DNA of 64,000 nt, from assembly GCA_046597065.1 (NCBI GenBank), contig JBKJLI010000003.1, forward strand, positions 72,219-136,218, read 5' to 3'. The notes beneath the pieces are model-generated. The model searched no databases. It saw only the letters and a list, made by a program, of their open reading frames with translations, and was not told where the DNA came from. The DNA is from Candidatus Saccharimonadia bacterium (GTDB taxonomy: Bacteria > Patescibacteriota > Saccharimonadia > UBA4664 > SCTI01). Positions 1 through 10,433 of this stretch are shown here, one piece after another. The translations under genes and the position numbers were made by a program. Each line of letters starts with the position of its first letter. Within the stretch, counting starts at the first letter, position 1.

Positions 1-481
1 CGACCCCAAGCCTGTCGGCCAGGTCGATCACCTGTGCGTCTTCGGGTTCTTGCAGTTCGGCCTGTTTGTTATCCCAACCCCGCGTATCAACCACGTTTGC
101 CAGTTGCTGAAGCTGGCTGCGCACCTCGCGTGGATCTCGCCGCTTCATTACCGGCTTGGGCTTGGGCGGCTCCACCTTAAATACCTCGGCGATCGGCTCT
201 TTATCCCACAACCGTACTTTTGGGCGCACAAAATACTGCAGCACCGCCACTAAATAAGTTTCTAGCGGCTGATCCTCGCGTTGATATAAACCCAGAGCTA
301 GCAGCGCGAGCATTGGTGGCAGCCCAATTACGATCCAAATTACGATTACGCTTTTAAAGATTGCAAAGGTTAGCAACCCGTAGCCCACGCCAATTACGGC
401 GTAGATGAACTGCTTTAGCGACAGCGGCCCCAAAATCTTATCTTCAGACTCCACGTTCTGTGGAACTTTGTACTGACCCAT
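1..481 (-). CDS. PrgI-family (VirB3-like) membrane protein, runs off window start
   Basis: Not in the ORF track. Translated by hand from ATG at 481: MGQYKVPQNVESEDKILGPLSLKQFIYAVIG..., the PrgI-type EDKIxGPLSLKQF motif followed by two TM helices; GGAGG upstream. Confidence 0.8.
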   Translation of the reverse strand, partial: MGQYKVPQNVESEDKILGPLSLKQFIYAVIGVGYGLLTFAIFKSVIVIWIVIGLPPMLALLALGLYQREDQPLETYLVAVLQYFVRPKVRLWDKEPIAEVFKVEPPKPKPVMKRRDPREVRSQLQQLANVVDTRGWDNKQAELQEPEDAQVIDLADRLGV

Positions 482-555
482 ACCCTCCTACCAGAAGATG
501 CTTATGTTTTTATTATATACAGCTAGGCTCTCGATTGATACATCGAGTTTGGGTC

Positions 556-2862
556 TTACAGACCAAGCGTGGTTTTAATGTCGACCCAGTCATCCTCTTC
601 TTCAAGCTTTCGCCTAACGTTTTGCTGAACGGTACCGGCTTGGCTTTGGAACATCCTTACTGTACGTGCCCAGACGTCTTTGCCATTATCGGTTTCATCG
701 AACTGGTCCTTGTGTCGGCCCAGCATTAGCAGAGCCGCTACGCGCTTATCGGCCGTCATAAAGTCTTGCTTGTTATTGGCATTAAAGGCCTCTTCCATTA
801 CGGCTGGATCAAGCGTTTCACCATTAATACGTGCCAGCTGCTGGGCAATATCAACCTCTCTGGCGCTATCCCCTGCTAGGGTAGATTTAGCTGCCAACTT
901 AAAGTTATCGGCCAGATAATCTTGCTTAAGACTCTTATTAGACATGGCTCGGTTCATACCGCCAATGGCATCCGCATTGGCATCACCCATTTTAATTGGA
1001 TTGCCCAGCGCGTTGGTTTTGGTAAGATCTGTGCTGTCAGAACGATGCCGTGCGTAAAGGCCTGATGCCTTGGGCATATTCTTACCATTTTCACGTAGCA
1101 ACATTTGATAGTCGGCTTCGCTGCCCGAGTTCATTATGGCGGTGGCGACCTCTTCGCCCACCAGGTTATTTTCGGCCAATCGCCGCACAAAAGCCTGGCG
1201 CTGCTCGAGCGTGTTGGTGTAATCAAGCAGCGACTCTGCGCCCTGGTCTTGTAGATGCTGGCGAGCCTTTTGGCGTTGCTGCGGGTCGCCGTAATAGGCC
1301 TGCAATGCCATGCGCTGGTTCATCATGTCGGCATCTTTTAGCTCACCCAAAGCCTTGGTGGTATCGGTTACCACCTGTGATTCGGCCCGTTGGCGATCAG
1401 CCGGGTGGGTGCTGCGGCCGGCGTAGGCCAGGCTGCCCGCAGCAAATAAGCCACGACCGCCAGCCCGTACGGCAGCGTTTTTACTACCCATCATGCCTCC
1501 AAGCTTGTCCTCTACCTGGCGAACTCTGGCGTTACGTTTGGCATCAAAGTTCTTTTGAGTTTCTTTGTAGCGGGCGCTGTCTTTAGCCTTTTTATTCTGG
1601 CCACCCACAAACTTGCTATAGCGATTGTAGGCTTCGGACATCAGGCCCCCAGCCCATTTAAAGGTTTGAGTAACCGCGTAAAAACAGGCAGCAAAAATCA
1701 TAATCTTAATAACACTCGAAGTCAGCGATTGTCCAATACTGCCCGCCGTCGATCCACTATTTACGCTTACCGGGATTAAGCTACCAACATTAGAGGCCAC
1801 ACTTAAAATGGCGATGATAATTGGATACATTAGTACCAGTCGCACCAGCATTGTGCGCCACTTGTTAAAGTACTGCTCGGTGTTTGGTAGCACCATAGCC
1901 GCAAAAGCCAATGGAGATACCACCACCAAAATGCCGATTAGCAAATAACGGATGGCCAGAGTGGCAATAAAGCCAATAACCGCAATGATAATTACCAGCA
2001 TTAATGGTGCCGCCAGCGCCCAGTTTACTAGCGCCAGCACCACTAGCGCAGCGCCAATTGCGGTAATGTCATTTACCAATAAACTGATACTAAAGCCGGT
2101 AGTACTCCCGCCATGCAAGGCGCTGTGAATTAGCGAACCAATACCCACACCCATCAGATTGCCAAAATCGATTATCAGTGCCGAAATTAAGAATGAGGCT
2201 TGCACTAATACCGCCGCCGCAATTAACCGCGGCAGCATACGACGAATCGAGTAGTTTTTTATGTCCATCGATGCGGTGTTGGCAAAAATGATGAACAAAA
2301 AGATAAAAATAAATGCTATGTTGGCTAGTGTTCGGATAGCATCCCAGGTGTTGTACAGGTCACCCGTAAAACCTAAGGGCTCAACCGCCAAAAAGTTACT
2401 AATTAAGTCTTTGCCACCATCGGCAAAGATTCGCGAAACCTTATCGAACAGTGGGCAAACCAGCAAACTAGAGGCACCTTGAGCCTCGGCACACTTTTCT
2501 TCATCAACGCCGCTAACTGGCGGAGCGTTGGGGTCGGCGGTGCCAGCAGTTTGGTTGTACTGCACGTTCTGTTGGCCCCCGGCTCCTTGGTAGCCAGCTA
2601 CGCAACCGGCTTTTATATCGTTTTTAAAGCTCTGGCAAGCAGTCGTTTGGCTTAGCCCGGCTTCTGACCCATTAAATCCGGCCTTACAGGCAGAGGTTTT
2701 GGCAGTACTATCGGTGCCACAGGCTTCTTCGATAGTGGCAGCGGCGTGAGCAGTTGGAGCCGCCACAACACTTACCCGCCCCAACAACGGGCCGGCCAGG
2801 ATGATTAAAATGTAGGCTAGCACGGCCAGTGCGGCCGCCCGCACCGGACGCTTAAAACGCAT
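556..2862 (-). CDS. VirB6/TrbL-like polytopic membrane protein of the CPR T4SS-like locus
   Basis: Signal-like N-terminus, Cys-containing extracellular region, multi-TM core (LPRLIAAAVLVQASF; SPLAFAAMVLPNTEQYFNKW) and long C-terminal tail. Confidence 0.7.
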   Translation of the reverse strand: MRFKRPVRAAALAVLAYILIILAGPLLGRVSVVAAPTAHAAATIEEACGTDSTAKTSACKAGFNGSEAGLSQTTACQSFKNDIKAGCVAGYQGAGGQQNVQYNQTAGTADPNAPPVSGVDEEKCAEAQGASSLLVCPLFDKVSRIFADGGKDLISNFLAVEPLGFTGDLYNTWDAIRTLANIAFIFIFLFIIFANTASMDIKNYSIRRMLPRLIAAAVLVQASFLISALIIDFGNLMGVGIGSLIHSALHGGSTTGFSISLLVNDITAIGAALVVLALVNWALAAPLMLVIIIAVIGFIATLAIRYLLIGILVVVSPLAFAAMVLPNTEQYFNKWRTMLVRLVLMYPIIIAILSVASNVGSLIPVSVNSGSTAGSIGQSLTSSVIKIMIFAACFYAVTQTFKWAGGLMSEAYNRYSKFVGGQNKKAKDSARYKETQKNFDAKRNARVRQVEDKLGGMMGSKNAAVRAGGRGLFAAGSLAYAGRSTHPADRQRAESQVVTDTTKALGELKDADMMNQRMALQAYYGDPQQRQKARQHLQDQGAESLLDYTNTLEQRQAFVRRLAENNLVGEEVATAIMNSGSEADYQMLLRENGKNMPKASGLYARHRSDSTDLTKTNALGNPIKMGDANADAIGGMNRAMSNKSLKQDYLADNFKLAAKSTLAGDSAREVDIAQQLARINGETLDPAVMEEAFNANNKQDFMTADKRVAALLMLGRHKDQFDETDNGKDVWARTVRMFQSQAGTVQQNVRRKLEEEDDWVDIKTTLGL

Positions 2863-2945
2863 TAATTTCCTATCTATCTTTTCAAGACGAATAGATAAGA
2901 GTACTACATCTGGCCAACAGATTCAAGGATAAGCTGTTTGATCAA

Positions 2946-5621
2946 TTAATCTGGTTTGAGGGCCCCATATGCATCTATTTTGTTTTCTACGTAGTACTTG
3001 TTAGTATCAAATCTTTCAAGTGCATCCTTTGCCTCGACTTGTTCGGCTGGAGTCAATCCACCCCCGGCTAGTTTTGCAGCAAGTGCTGCTCTGGTTGCTT
3101 GACCCTGTGCCCCGGTAAAAGCCTCACGGAATGCAATTCTACCGGCAGCGGAGGTTTTATCAGCCCTAACGCCCGTCAGGGCTTTCTCTACAGTAGTTGT
3201 ATCAAGATGAAGTATGGAGCCACCATCAATGCTCCATTTGCTATCGGCCCTGGCAGCCTCGCCAGGGTTCCCTCCGAAAGTACGAGCAACTGATCCGCCA
3301 TCGGCCAGCTGCTTAGCCAAACTTTCGCCGTTGGTTCTAGCTATAACACCACTTTGTACTTTGCCCTTAGCATCAAGACCACCGAATGCAACGGCAGGAT
3401 CCGACCCGAATAAATCGCCCGCATCAGTAGTTCCAAGCGAAAATACCTCTTCTGATGCTAATCGCTGTCGGCTCCCAGCCGGTGCTTTATCTAGCGCCAA
3501 TCTAACAGCTTCCACGCTGCTACCCTTACCATCTTGGGCTAATGTCCTCAGTGCAGCTGCTTGACCGTGTGTTGATCCAGCGTAGTGTGCAAGATGAGCA
3601 ACATTATCATTGGGATTATCTTTAGCGTATTGCTTTAAGCCTGCACTACCCATTGCAATTGCCTCTAGTAATTTGGGATTGGTAACACCAAGATCTTTTA
3701 GTTCTTTTTGTTGATCTTGAGTTAATTTCTGAGCGCTTCTTTGCTGCTCCAACTTATTTGATGTACCGGCACCAACTGCGAAACCGGCAACTCCACCAAG
3801 AGTGCCTCTAGCCACGCGTGAAGCAATATTAGTTCCACCAAGACCAGGAGTTTTATCTAGTTTGTCATTTAGCCACTGCCGTCGGCCGAGACGGCTGGAG
3901 TCTCTGTTTTGATTCATTCGCTGGTAGGCACCTGAATCTTTGAACTTGCCTTGTGAGGCTTTTCCAGCCGGGTTTGATATTCGATTAACCAAACCCGATG
4001 TAGCATTCATAACACCACCGGCCCACTTAAAGGTCCATGGAACCAAGAAGAATGCAATTATTGGGTAAAGCCCACTAACAATGGTTTGAATTGAACCACT
4101 AAACGCCGACCCACCACCGCTTGGCCTGGAAGCCGCCGCCAAAATAGTCGCCATTGAAAATATAATTACAATAAGAGGGTACATTAATATGACTCTGGTT
4201 AAAGTTTTCCACCAGGTTTTAAAGATATTTTCTGTCCCTGGCAATACCCAAGCTGCGAATGCTAGCGGAGAAAAGATAATTAATACGCTGATAATTAGTT
4301 TTCGTAACACTAAGGTAACGACAACTGATATAACACCAAAGAATGCACCAATTGCGAATAGCAGTATGGTCGGTGCCCCAACAACCCAGATAGCAACAGC
4401 GGCGAGTGCCCCTATACCTAAAATTGCACCAAGGGCGTCGCCAAGGAATGAAAAGATATTGCCGGCACTATTATCTCCAACTTTTGGCACGGCAACCTTA
4501 ACCAGTTCCTGGATGCCACCACCAAGAATATTGCCTATATCAATTAAGAGCGCACAGACCAAGAATGAAGCTTGTACTAAGATAGCTGCGGCCACCAGAC
4601 GGGGCAGCATTTTTTTAATAGTGTAAGCATTAACGTTGAACGACAACATATTTGCAATAAGGATATAAAGGAATATCAAGACAAAGGTAATATCTGCCAA
4701 AATAAGCATATTACCCCAGATTTTATATAGGCTATCCCCTAAGCTGTTTTGGCCGGTAACTATAAGTGGCTGATATTTAAGTTCATCGATAACTAGCCCT
4801 TTAAACAAAGCATTTGCCGTGTTAGATAGTAGCTCTACTGCAGGACAAAGCACCCATGCCAATTTACCGGCGCTTTGGTCGCAAGGGTCGTTATCGCCAC
4901 CACCACCACCGTTTCCGCTAGTATCGGTTTGATCGGCAATTTTGGTGCCATTAATTTCTTTTGAAGTCTGTGGGGTTGGCCAGGTGCCCTTAGCACTGCT
5001 AGATAGTTTGGTGTAGTTAGCAAGCTGTATTGTTTGAGATCCTTTGCGCAGATTTTGAGGGATACAACTAAGTGGTAGATCGCCATAATATTTGTTGCCA
5101 CCACTTTCGGGAGCACCGGCGGATTGTGGCCAATAAGCCTCAAAATAGTTAACTGTGCCGGATAAGTTTTTTACGTCGGCTAGGTCGGGCGGCCCGGCAA
5201 AGTATTTAACCGCAATTTTTAAATAGATATGGTAAATTTTGGCGCCACCGGCGGCCACAATCTTGTTGTTTGAGCTGTCGCAGTAGTAGTCGCCATAGTA
5301 GCTGACCGTACGGCTACCTGCGGATGGAGTTTGAAAATCGTCGGCATTAGAGCCGGCGGCAAAGGTTACCGGTGCGCTGTTATTGATCTTGGCATACACC
5401 GTGGTGTACTGCATGCCATCTGTAAAGTCTGATAAAGCGCTACTGCCAGTGGTAACCGATTTTTTGATTTCAGCCATGTGGGCTGGGTCCATGTAGACGA
5501 TGTAGGAGTCACCGGCGGCATGTGCAGCAGGAGTCAGGCCTATAATCACGGCGGGCGCAATCGACCAAAACAGCATAACGGCTGCAGCAATAATTGATGG
5601 CGGATTCGCCCACCTCTTCAT
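2946..5621 (-). CDS. Second VirB6/TrbL-like membrane protein (paralog of 556..2862)
   Basis: Same core motifs (LPRLVAAAILVQASF; SPLAFAAWVLPGTENIFKTW). Start moved to ATG 5621, 7 nt after TACACT. Confidence 0.7.
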   Translation of the reverse strand: MKRWANPPSIIAAAVMLFWSIAPAVIIGLTPAAHAAGDSYIVYMDPAHMAEIKKSVTTGSSALSDFTDGMQYTTVYAKINNSAPVTFAAGSNADDFQTPSAGSRTVSYYGDYYCDSSNNKIVAAGGAKIYHIYLKIAVKYFAGPPDLADVKNLSGTVNYFEAYWPQSAGAPESGGNKYYGDLPLSCIPQNLRKGSQTIQLANYTKLSSSAKGTWPTPQTSKEINGTKIADQTDTSGNGGGGGDNDPCDQSAGKLAWVLCPAVELLSNTANALFKGLVIDELKYQPLIVTGQNSLGDSLYKIWGNMLILADITFVLIFLYILIANMLSFNVNAYTIKKMLPRLVAAAILVQASFLVCALLIDIGNILGGGIQELVKVAVPKVGDNSAGNIFSFLGDALGAILGIGALAAVAIWVVGAPTILLFAIGAFFGVISVVVTLVLRKLIISVLIIFSPLAFAAWVLPGTENIFKTWWKTLTRVILMYPLIVIIFSMATILAAASRPSGGGSAFSGSIQTIVSGLYPIIAFFLVPWTFKWAGGVMNATSGLVNRISNPAGKASQGKFKDSGAYQRMNQNRDSSRLGRRQWLNDKLDKTPGLGGTNIASRVARGTLGGVAGFAVGAGTSNKLEQQRSAQKLTQDQQKELKDLGVTNPKLLEAIAMGSAGLKQYAKDNPNDNVAHLAHYAGSTHGQAAALRTLAQDGKGSSVEAVRLALDKAPAGSRQRLASEEVFSLGTTDAGDLFGSDPAVAFGGLDAKGKVQSGVIARTNGESLAKQLADGGSVARTFGGNPGEAARADSKWSIDGGSILHLDTTTVEKALTGVRADKTSAAGRIAFREAFTGAQGQATRAALAAKLAGGGLTPAEQVEAKDALERFDTNKYYVENKIDAYGALKPD

Positions 5622-5688
5622 AAGCATAAGTGTAATTGATTTGGGCTCGCATTGCACATCGAGCGCTTATCAGGATAGAATAGGCCCA

Positions 5689-6087
5689 ATGATAAGCGCT
5701 TTAAATCAACGACTAGTCCAGACCGCTGTTTACGCCAGTGCAGTAATAGCTGCAGCTATGCCAGCTGTCGCCCAGGCGGCGGCCGACTCTTGTGGCGGGG
5801 TTAAGGTTAGTTCGGCACTTTCTGGTTTGTGCAAAGACAGCCAGGCCAACCCGATCTTTGCGTTGGCCTCTGCCGGTATTTACTTTTTTAGCTCTCTGTT
5901 CGGCTTGTTGCTTGTGCTAGTAATTGTGATTTCGGGCATTCAATACATTACTTCGGCCGGTAGTTCCGACGGCACCAAAGAAGCTAAGGAACGTTTAAAG
6001 GCGGCCGTTACCGGATTAGTACTGTTCATACTTATGTTTGCCATCCTTCAACTACTATTACCTGATAGCGTGAAGCTTTTCCGATGA
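5689..6087 (+). CDS. VirB2/TrbC-like T4SS pilin 1
   Basis: Signal peptide, TM-GIQYITSAG-AKERL-TM pattern. ATG 5689 lies 7 nt after TAGAAT. Confidence 0.75.
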   Translation: MISALNQRLVQTAVYASAVIAAAMPAVAQAAADSCGGVKVSSALSGLCKDSQANPIFALASAGIYFFSSLFGLLLVLVIVISGIQYITSAGSSDGTKEAKERLKAAVTGLVLFILMFAILQLLLPDSVKLFR

Positions 6088-6413
6088 TTCTACTCCCCCA
6101 CTTTGTTGAGTTTGCTCGCCAATCCTGGCCCCCCAGTCTGTACAACGGTTTAACCAATACCAAAGGCGACGTGCAAATTACCAAGTTGACTGACTTTTTA
6201 ACCATTATTGCCAACTTAATCCAGATTTTGATGTCGATTTCAGCCGTTTTAGCTGTCATCTTTATAGTTTGGTCGGGCATACAGTTCGCGGCTTCTAGTG
6301 GCGACCCCGGCCGGGTAAAAGAGGCCCGTAACGGCTTAATCAACGCCATTATTGGTCTGATAATTTCGGGCGGTGCTTACTTACTAGTCGACTTTTTTGC
6401 GAGGCAGTTTTAA
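6084..6413 (+). CDS. VirB2/TrbC-like pilin 2
   Basis: GIQFAASSGDPGRVKEARNGLINAIIGL motif; ATGA overlap with previous gene. Confidence 0.8.
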   Translation: MILLPHFVEFARQSWPPSLYNGLTNTKGDVQITKLTDFLTIIANLIQILMSISAVLAVIFIVWSGIQFAASSGDPGRVKEARNGLINAIIGLIISGGAYLLVDFFARQF

Positions 6414-6730
6414 TGATTGGCGCCAAGCTTGCAGCCGACCTACAGGGTTGTACCGGCCCCAACTGCGTTGATACCCCAGACCATATTAATCTTATAAGCA
6501 ACGTATCATTGGGTAGTGGTGCTACCGGCATCATTAACGTCATGACCTTAATAGCCATTGTGGTGGCAACCATATTTTTAATGATTGCCGGTATCAGGTT
6601 TGTGACCGGCGGCAGTAATGCCCAACAAATTGCTGGTGCTCGTAACACCATTACTTATGCAATTATTGGCATGATTGTGGCGATTCTAGCCCGCATTATT
6701 GTTGGGTTTATCTTACAAAACAGTCCCTAA
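6413..6730 (+). CDS. VirB2/TrbC-like pilin 3
   Basis: GIRFVTGGSNAQQIAGARNTITYAIIG motif. Confidence 0.8.
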   Translation: MIGAKLAADLQGCTGPNCVDTPDHINLISNVSLGSGATGIINVMTLIAIVVATIFLMIAGIRFVTGGSNAQQIAGARNTITYAIIGMIVAILARIIVGFILQNSP

Positions 6731-6769
6731 GCTTTACACACTCCTGGAGCTTCAGATACAATGCAGGCA

Positions 6770-7183
6770 ATGAAAGCAGTTATGTTCAGGCAGGCGGCGG
6801 TAACCATGTTGATGCTAACGCTCGGCCTTTTTGCAGCACCGCTAGCCTTTGCCGATCAAAGCGGTAAGATCAGCCAACCAGCTTGTAAAGCTGCAGCCGA
6901 TGCCGGTCAGGCCGCTCCACCAGGTTGTAACGGCACTACTCTTGAAAGTACGGGTACAACCACCGGATACTTAGATGTATTAATGAACGCCTTGGTGTTT
7001 GTTGGCGCCGCCACGGCCGTTATCTTTATAATAGTCGGTGGAATTCGTTTTATGACTGCAACCGGCGACCCCGGCCGTATCAAGCAGGCAAAAGATACTG
7101 TGCTTTACGCCGTGCTAGGCTTAGTGGTGCTATTATTAGTGCGCTTTATTATCGCCTTTGTGGTTGGTAGTGTTAAGGTATAG
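6770..7183 (+). CDS. VirB2/TrbC-like pilin 4
   Basis: GGIRFMTATGDPGRIKQAKDTVLYAVLG; ATG 6770 lies 7 nt after TACAAT (ORF track start 6761). Confidence 0.8.
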   Translation: MKAVMFRQAAVTMLMLTLGLFAAPLAFADQSGKISQPACKAAADAGQAAPPGCNGTTLESTGTTTGYLDVLMNALVFVGAATAVIFIIVGGIRFMTATGDPGRIKQAKDTVLYAVLGLVVLLLVRFIIAFVVGSVKV

Positions 7184-7190
7184 GATAAAT

Positions 7191-7589
7191 ATGATGACCA
7201 AGTTAAAACGATCACTTAAAACAATTTTGACCGCCATGATGTTTGGTGTAATGCTGCTGCCGGCAGTATCATTTGCCGCAACAACTCCTCCAGTACCAGC
7301 ATCTGGCACCAACGCCGCCGCTTGCGATGGTGCTAAGGCCGTTGGCGCCACCTGTACAGACACCGGGCTTAAAGGCAGCCTTACCGCCATTTTTGAGGCC
7401 TTATTTTATATTATTGGCGCAATCGCGGTATTAATTATTATTTTGGCCGGTATCTACTACATCACCAGCACCGGCGACTCTGCGCGCATTAAGCGCGCCA
7501 AAGACACCATGCTTTATGCAGTGATTGGCCTAGCTCTGACCATATTAGCCCGGGCTATCGTTGGCTTTGTTATTGGCAGATTAGCCTAA
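7191..7589 (+). CDS. VirB2/TrbC-like pilin 5
   Basis: GIYYITSTGDSARIKRAKDTMLYAVIG; signal peptide; Cys pair. Confidence 0.8.
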   Translation: MMTKLKRSLKTILTAMMFGVMLLPAVSFAATTPPVPASGTNAAACDGAKAVGATCTDTGLKGSLTAIFEALFYIIGAIAVLIIILAGIYYITSTGDSARIKRAKDTMLYAVIGLALTILARAIVGFVIGRLA

Positions 7590-7951
7590 TGCAGCGAGCG
7601 TTGGTAGCCATAGCTGGCACCGCACTTTGGCCACTAGCTGCAACCGCTGCAACCGTTGGCGAAGGTCTATGCGAAGGGTCGGGCGCCTGTACAACTCCTG
7701 GTACACCCGTTAATCCCAACGGCACGCTCGAAAAGCAAATTGGTAACATTTCTAATATAATTCTTTATCTCGCCGCCGCACTGGCAGTAATAGTAATAAT
7801 CTTCGGCGGCGTTCGATACATTACTTCAACTGGCGATGCGGGTCGGGTTAAGCAAGCCAAAGACACCATTACTTATGGAGTGATCGGCTTGGCGATTGCC
7901 ATTTTGGCCTATGCGATCGTAAGATTTGTAATTTCCAAACTAATAACCTAG
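7589..7951 (+). CDS. VirB2/TrbC-like pilin 6
   Basis: GGVRYITSTGDAGRVKQAKDTITYGVIG. Confidence 0.8.
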   Translation: MQRALVAIAGTALWPLAATAATVGEGLCEGSGACTTPGTPVNPNGTLEKQIGNISNIILYLAAALAVIVIIFGGVRYITSTGDAGRVKQAKDTITYGVIGLAIAILAYAIVRFVISKLIT

Positions 7952-7962
7952 GAATCAATACC

Positions 7963-8322
7963 ATGAAAATCACATCCAAACTCACCTACGCCTCACTGCT
8001 AGCCTTAAGTTATGCGCCAGCTGCTCTTGCTGCTGGCGATCCATTAAAAGAGGGCTCAACTGCCGCCAAACCCGACGGGATTGGCAAGGCCGATGATCTT
8101 ACCACCTCGTTTCATACCATTGCCAACATCTTAATCTTTCTAGTGGGAGCTATTTCTGTAATCGTTTTGATTTACGGTGGTTTCTTATATGTTGTATCAA
8201 CCGGAGATCAGGGCAGAGTAAAGCAAGCCAAAGAAACCATTCAATACGCCATAATAGGCATCATCGTCGCCATATTGGCTTATGCAATCGTAGCCTTTGT
8301 AACTACTAGCTTAATAAAGTAA
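7963..8322 (+). CDS. VirB2/TrbC-like pilin 7
   Basis: GGFLYVVSTGDQGRVKQAKETIQYAIIG. Confidence 0.8.
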   Translation: MKITSKLTYASLLALSYAPAALAAGDPLKEGSTAAKPDGIGKADDLTTSFHTIANILIFLVGAISVIVLIYGGFLYVVSTGDQGRVKQAKETIQYAIIGIIVAILAYAIVAFVTTSLIK

Positions 8323-8395
8323 GCGCTTTCAGGTTGTTACCAGATATGCTACAATCGGCTCAAAATCAGTCAATTTAATTCAAAAAGGAAAACTC

Positions 8396-8830
8396 GTGAG
8401 TACTCCAACCCCAAAACAAGTCGTTAGAAAGGTCGCCGAAGCCGGTGTCTTCTTTAGCACCTTCCTACCAGTAACCGCTTTGGCCGCTACCTCTACCGGT
8501 AACTGCGACCCTACTACCGGCAATATCGCCGATGGTGCTAAGTGCTCTCAGGCCGCCCAAAGTCAGCCCAACAATCTATTTGGCCCTGATGGTGTGTTCC
8601 AGCAGATTTCTAATATCCTAATCTTCTTGGTCGGCGCCATCTCGGTTATTATGTTGATCTTTGGTGGGCTGCGCTACGTAATTTCGAGTGGTGAAAAAGG
8701 CGCGGTAGAGGGTGCCAAGAACACCATCCTTTATGCCGTGATCGGTATTGTAGTCGCCATTCTGGCCTACGCCATTGTTGGCTTTGTTACCGATAGCTTA
8801 ACCCAAAACGTTGGCTCTACCACTCCGTAA
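8396..8830 (+). CDS. VirB2/TrbC-like pilin 8 (own promoter and SD; candidate major pilin)
   Basis: GGLRYVISSGEKGAVEGAKNTILYAVIG; TGCTACAAT extended -10 and AAAGGA upstream. Confidence 0.8.
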   Translation: MSTPTPKQVVRKVAEAGVFFSTFLPVTALAATSTGNCDPTTGNIADGAKCSQAAQSQPNNLFGPDGVFQQISNILIFLVGAISVIMLIFGGLRYVISSGEKGAVEGAKNTILYAVIGIVVAILAYAIVGFVTDSLTQNVGSTTP

Positions 8831-8846
8831 CTCAATCTAAATTGAC

Positions 8847-8878
8847 ATTAAAAAAGACCCCGCGGGGTCTTTTTTAAT
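8847..8878. terminator. Bidirectional intrinsic terminator
   Basis: Perfect palindrome ATTAAAAAAGACCCCGCGGGGTCTTTTTTAAT between convergent pilin and hsp20 genes. Confidence 0.9.
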
Positions 8879-8893
8879 TGGTAACACCAGAGT

Positions 8894-9331
8894 TTAGCTG
8901 GCGATTACGCGGATCTTCTTAACCTTGTCTTGGATGATCTTGGGGATGGCAATACTAAGTACACCATTCTTTAAGCTAGCCTCTGCCTTATCGGCGTTAA
9001 CGCTAACTGGCATTATGATTGAGCGGCTAAAGGCGCCCCAGTAGCATTCCTGCACGTAGTAGTTTTCGCGATCAACGGTGCTATCTTCGACCCGCTCGCC
9101 ACGAATGGTAACTACGTCTTCGGCAATAGCGACTTCTAGATTCTTAGGATCGACTCCGGCGATTGGCGCTTTAATTACCACGCTGTCTTTGGTTTGATAA
9201 ACATCAACTGCTAGCTGACCCTCTACGCCATCATCGGGGTCTTCTTCTTCGAGCCAGTCGGTGCTTACCACTTCGTCGTCATTTATAAAATCATCTTGCA
9301 AGATATCGTCTGAATCGGGTTTTTTTGCCAC
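8894..9331 (-). CDS. Hsp20/alpha-crystallin small heat shock protein
   Basis: VDVYQTKDSVVIKAPIAGV...ECYWGAFSRSI...ASLKNGVLSIAIPK. Confidence 0.92.
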   Translation of the reverse strand: MAKKPDSDDILQDDFINDDEVVSTDWLEEEDPDDGVEGQLAVDVYQTKDSVVIKAPIAGVDPKNLEVAIAEDVVTIRGERVEDSTVDRENYYVQECYWGAFSRSIIMPVSVNADKAEASLKNGVLSIAIPKIIQDKVKKIRVIAS

Positions 9332-9481
9332 CAGTAGTCTCCTTTGCTTTATAGCTTATGAGGCATTGCACCCTCACCGGCGCATCCTATCTTACCGTCA
9401 TTATAGTCATAGACATCAGGGCAACGCAACAATTCCGGTAATTTATAACTTAATCTCATTTTAATACGCCTCCCCTATCCT

Positions 9482-10156
9482 ATGTATATGTTGCTTTATC
9501 GATTGGCAAAACTGCTGGCTCCACCTTCATGTGTTGGCTGTGGTATACAAAATGACGTCTTTTGCACAAGCTGCGTACTCAGCCTAATGGCTCCACCACG
9601 CGTATGTGTGTGGTGCGGGTACAAATGTAGTGCAATGGCCTGCAAGAGTTGCCTAAGGCAGCGTGAAGTTAATTCAGTTGTGGTTGTTGCCGCCTATCGT
9701 GAAGCAGCCAAGGCCCTAGTACATTCGGCCAAGTTTAACCACAACCGGCTCGCTGCGGAGGCAATTGGACTACAACTTGCAACATATGCCATGGGGCTAA
9801 GCGTTGAGTTGGTTACAACAGTGCCAACACTACCGGCGCACATTCGTAGCCGCGGATACGACCATGCAGAAGCAATCGGTAAGTCTACTGCTATGTTAAT
9901 AAAACGTCCTTACAAACGCTTGTTGCGCCGGCTAAAAACCACAACTCAGGTGGGCAAAAATCGACAAGAAAGGCTTAACCAAGCTGCAAACAGCGTTAAT
10001 TTAATTAAACCATTTAAACCTAAATCAGTTCTGTTGATTGATGATGTCGTCACAACTGGTGCTACAATTGCCGATTGCGTGGCGGCATTAAACTGGGATG
10101 GTAATAAAAATGTACATGTCATTGCTTTTGCTTTTCAGCCAAGTGACCCTGCTTAA
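9482..10156 (+). CDS. comF: ComF-family protein (double zinc ribbon + PRTase domain)
   Basis: CxxC repeats, RGYDHAE, VLLIDDVVTTGAT. Confidence 0.85.
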   Translation: MYMLLYRLAKLLAPPSCVGCGIQNDVFCTSCVLSLMAPPRVCVWCGYKCSAMACKSCLRQREVNSVVVVAAYREAAKALVHSAKFNHNRLAAEAIGLQLATYAMGLSVELVTTVPTLPAHIRSRGYDHAEAIGKSTAMLIKRPYKRLLRRLKTTTQVGKNRQERLNQAANSVNLIKPFKPKSVLLIDDVVTTGATIADCVAALNWDGNKNVHVIAFAFQPSDPA

Positions 10157-10161
10157 CCAAA

Positions 10162-10433
10162 TCCAAAAGAGGAGGATTATTCCTCTTTTGGAGCTCGTTG
10201 CTCATTATCACAATTCTTTTCTAAAACCCGACTATAGGCACCATCCCTTCTAGCTTTATGCTCAGATCTTATTTAATATGACAGCCTCATCTGTTAATGG
10301 CTTTTAGATAGTGGTTGATTGGCAATCCGCCCTTGATCTATTAATAGATGGCGCTGCTTTTCTATACTAGTCTTTCAAGCTCATTGTCTGCTCGCTCGAT
10401 CGGCTGTTATGGCCCTGTCGACTTCGCTAGCAT
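10162..10433 (-). ncRNA. Candidate ~270-nt sRNA
   Basis: TTGACA(10463-10468)-17-TATGCT(10440-10445) on the minus strand; 12-bp stem terminator at 10162-10192; no convincing ORF. Confidence 0.35.
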
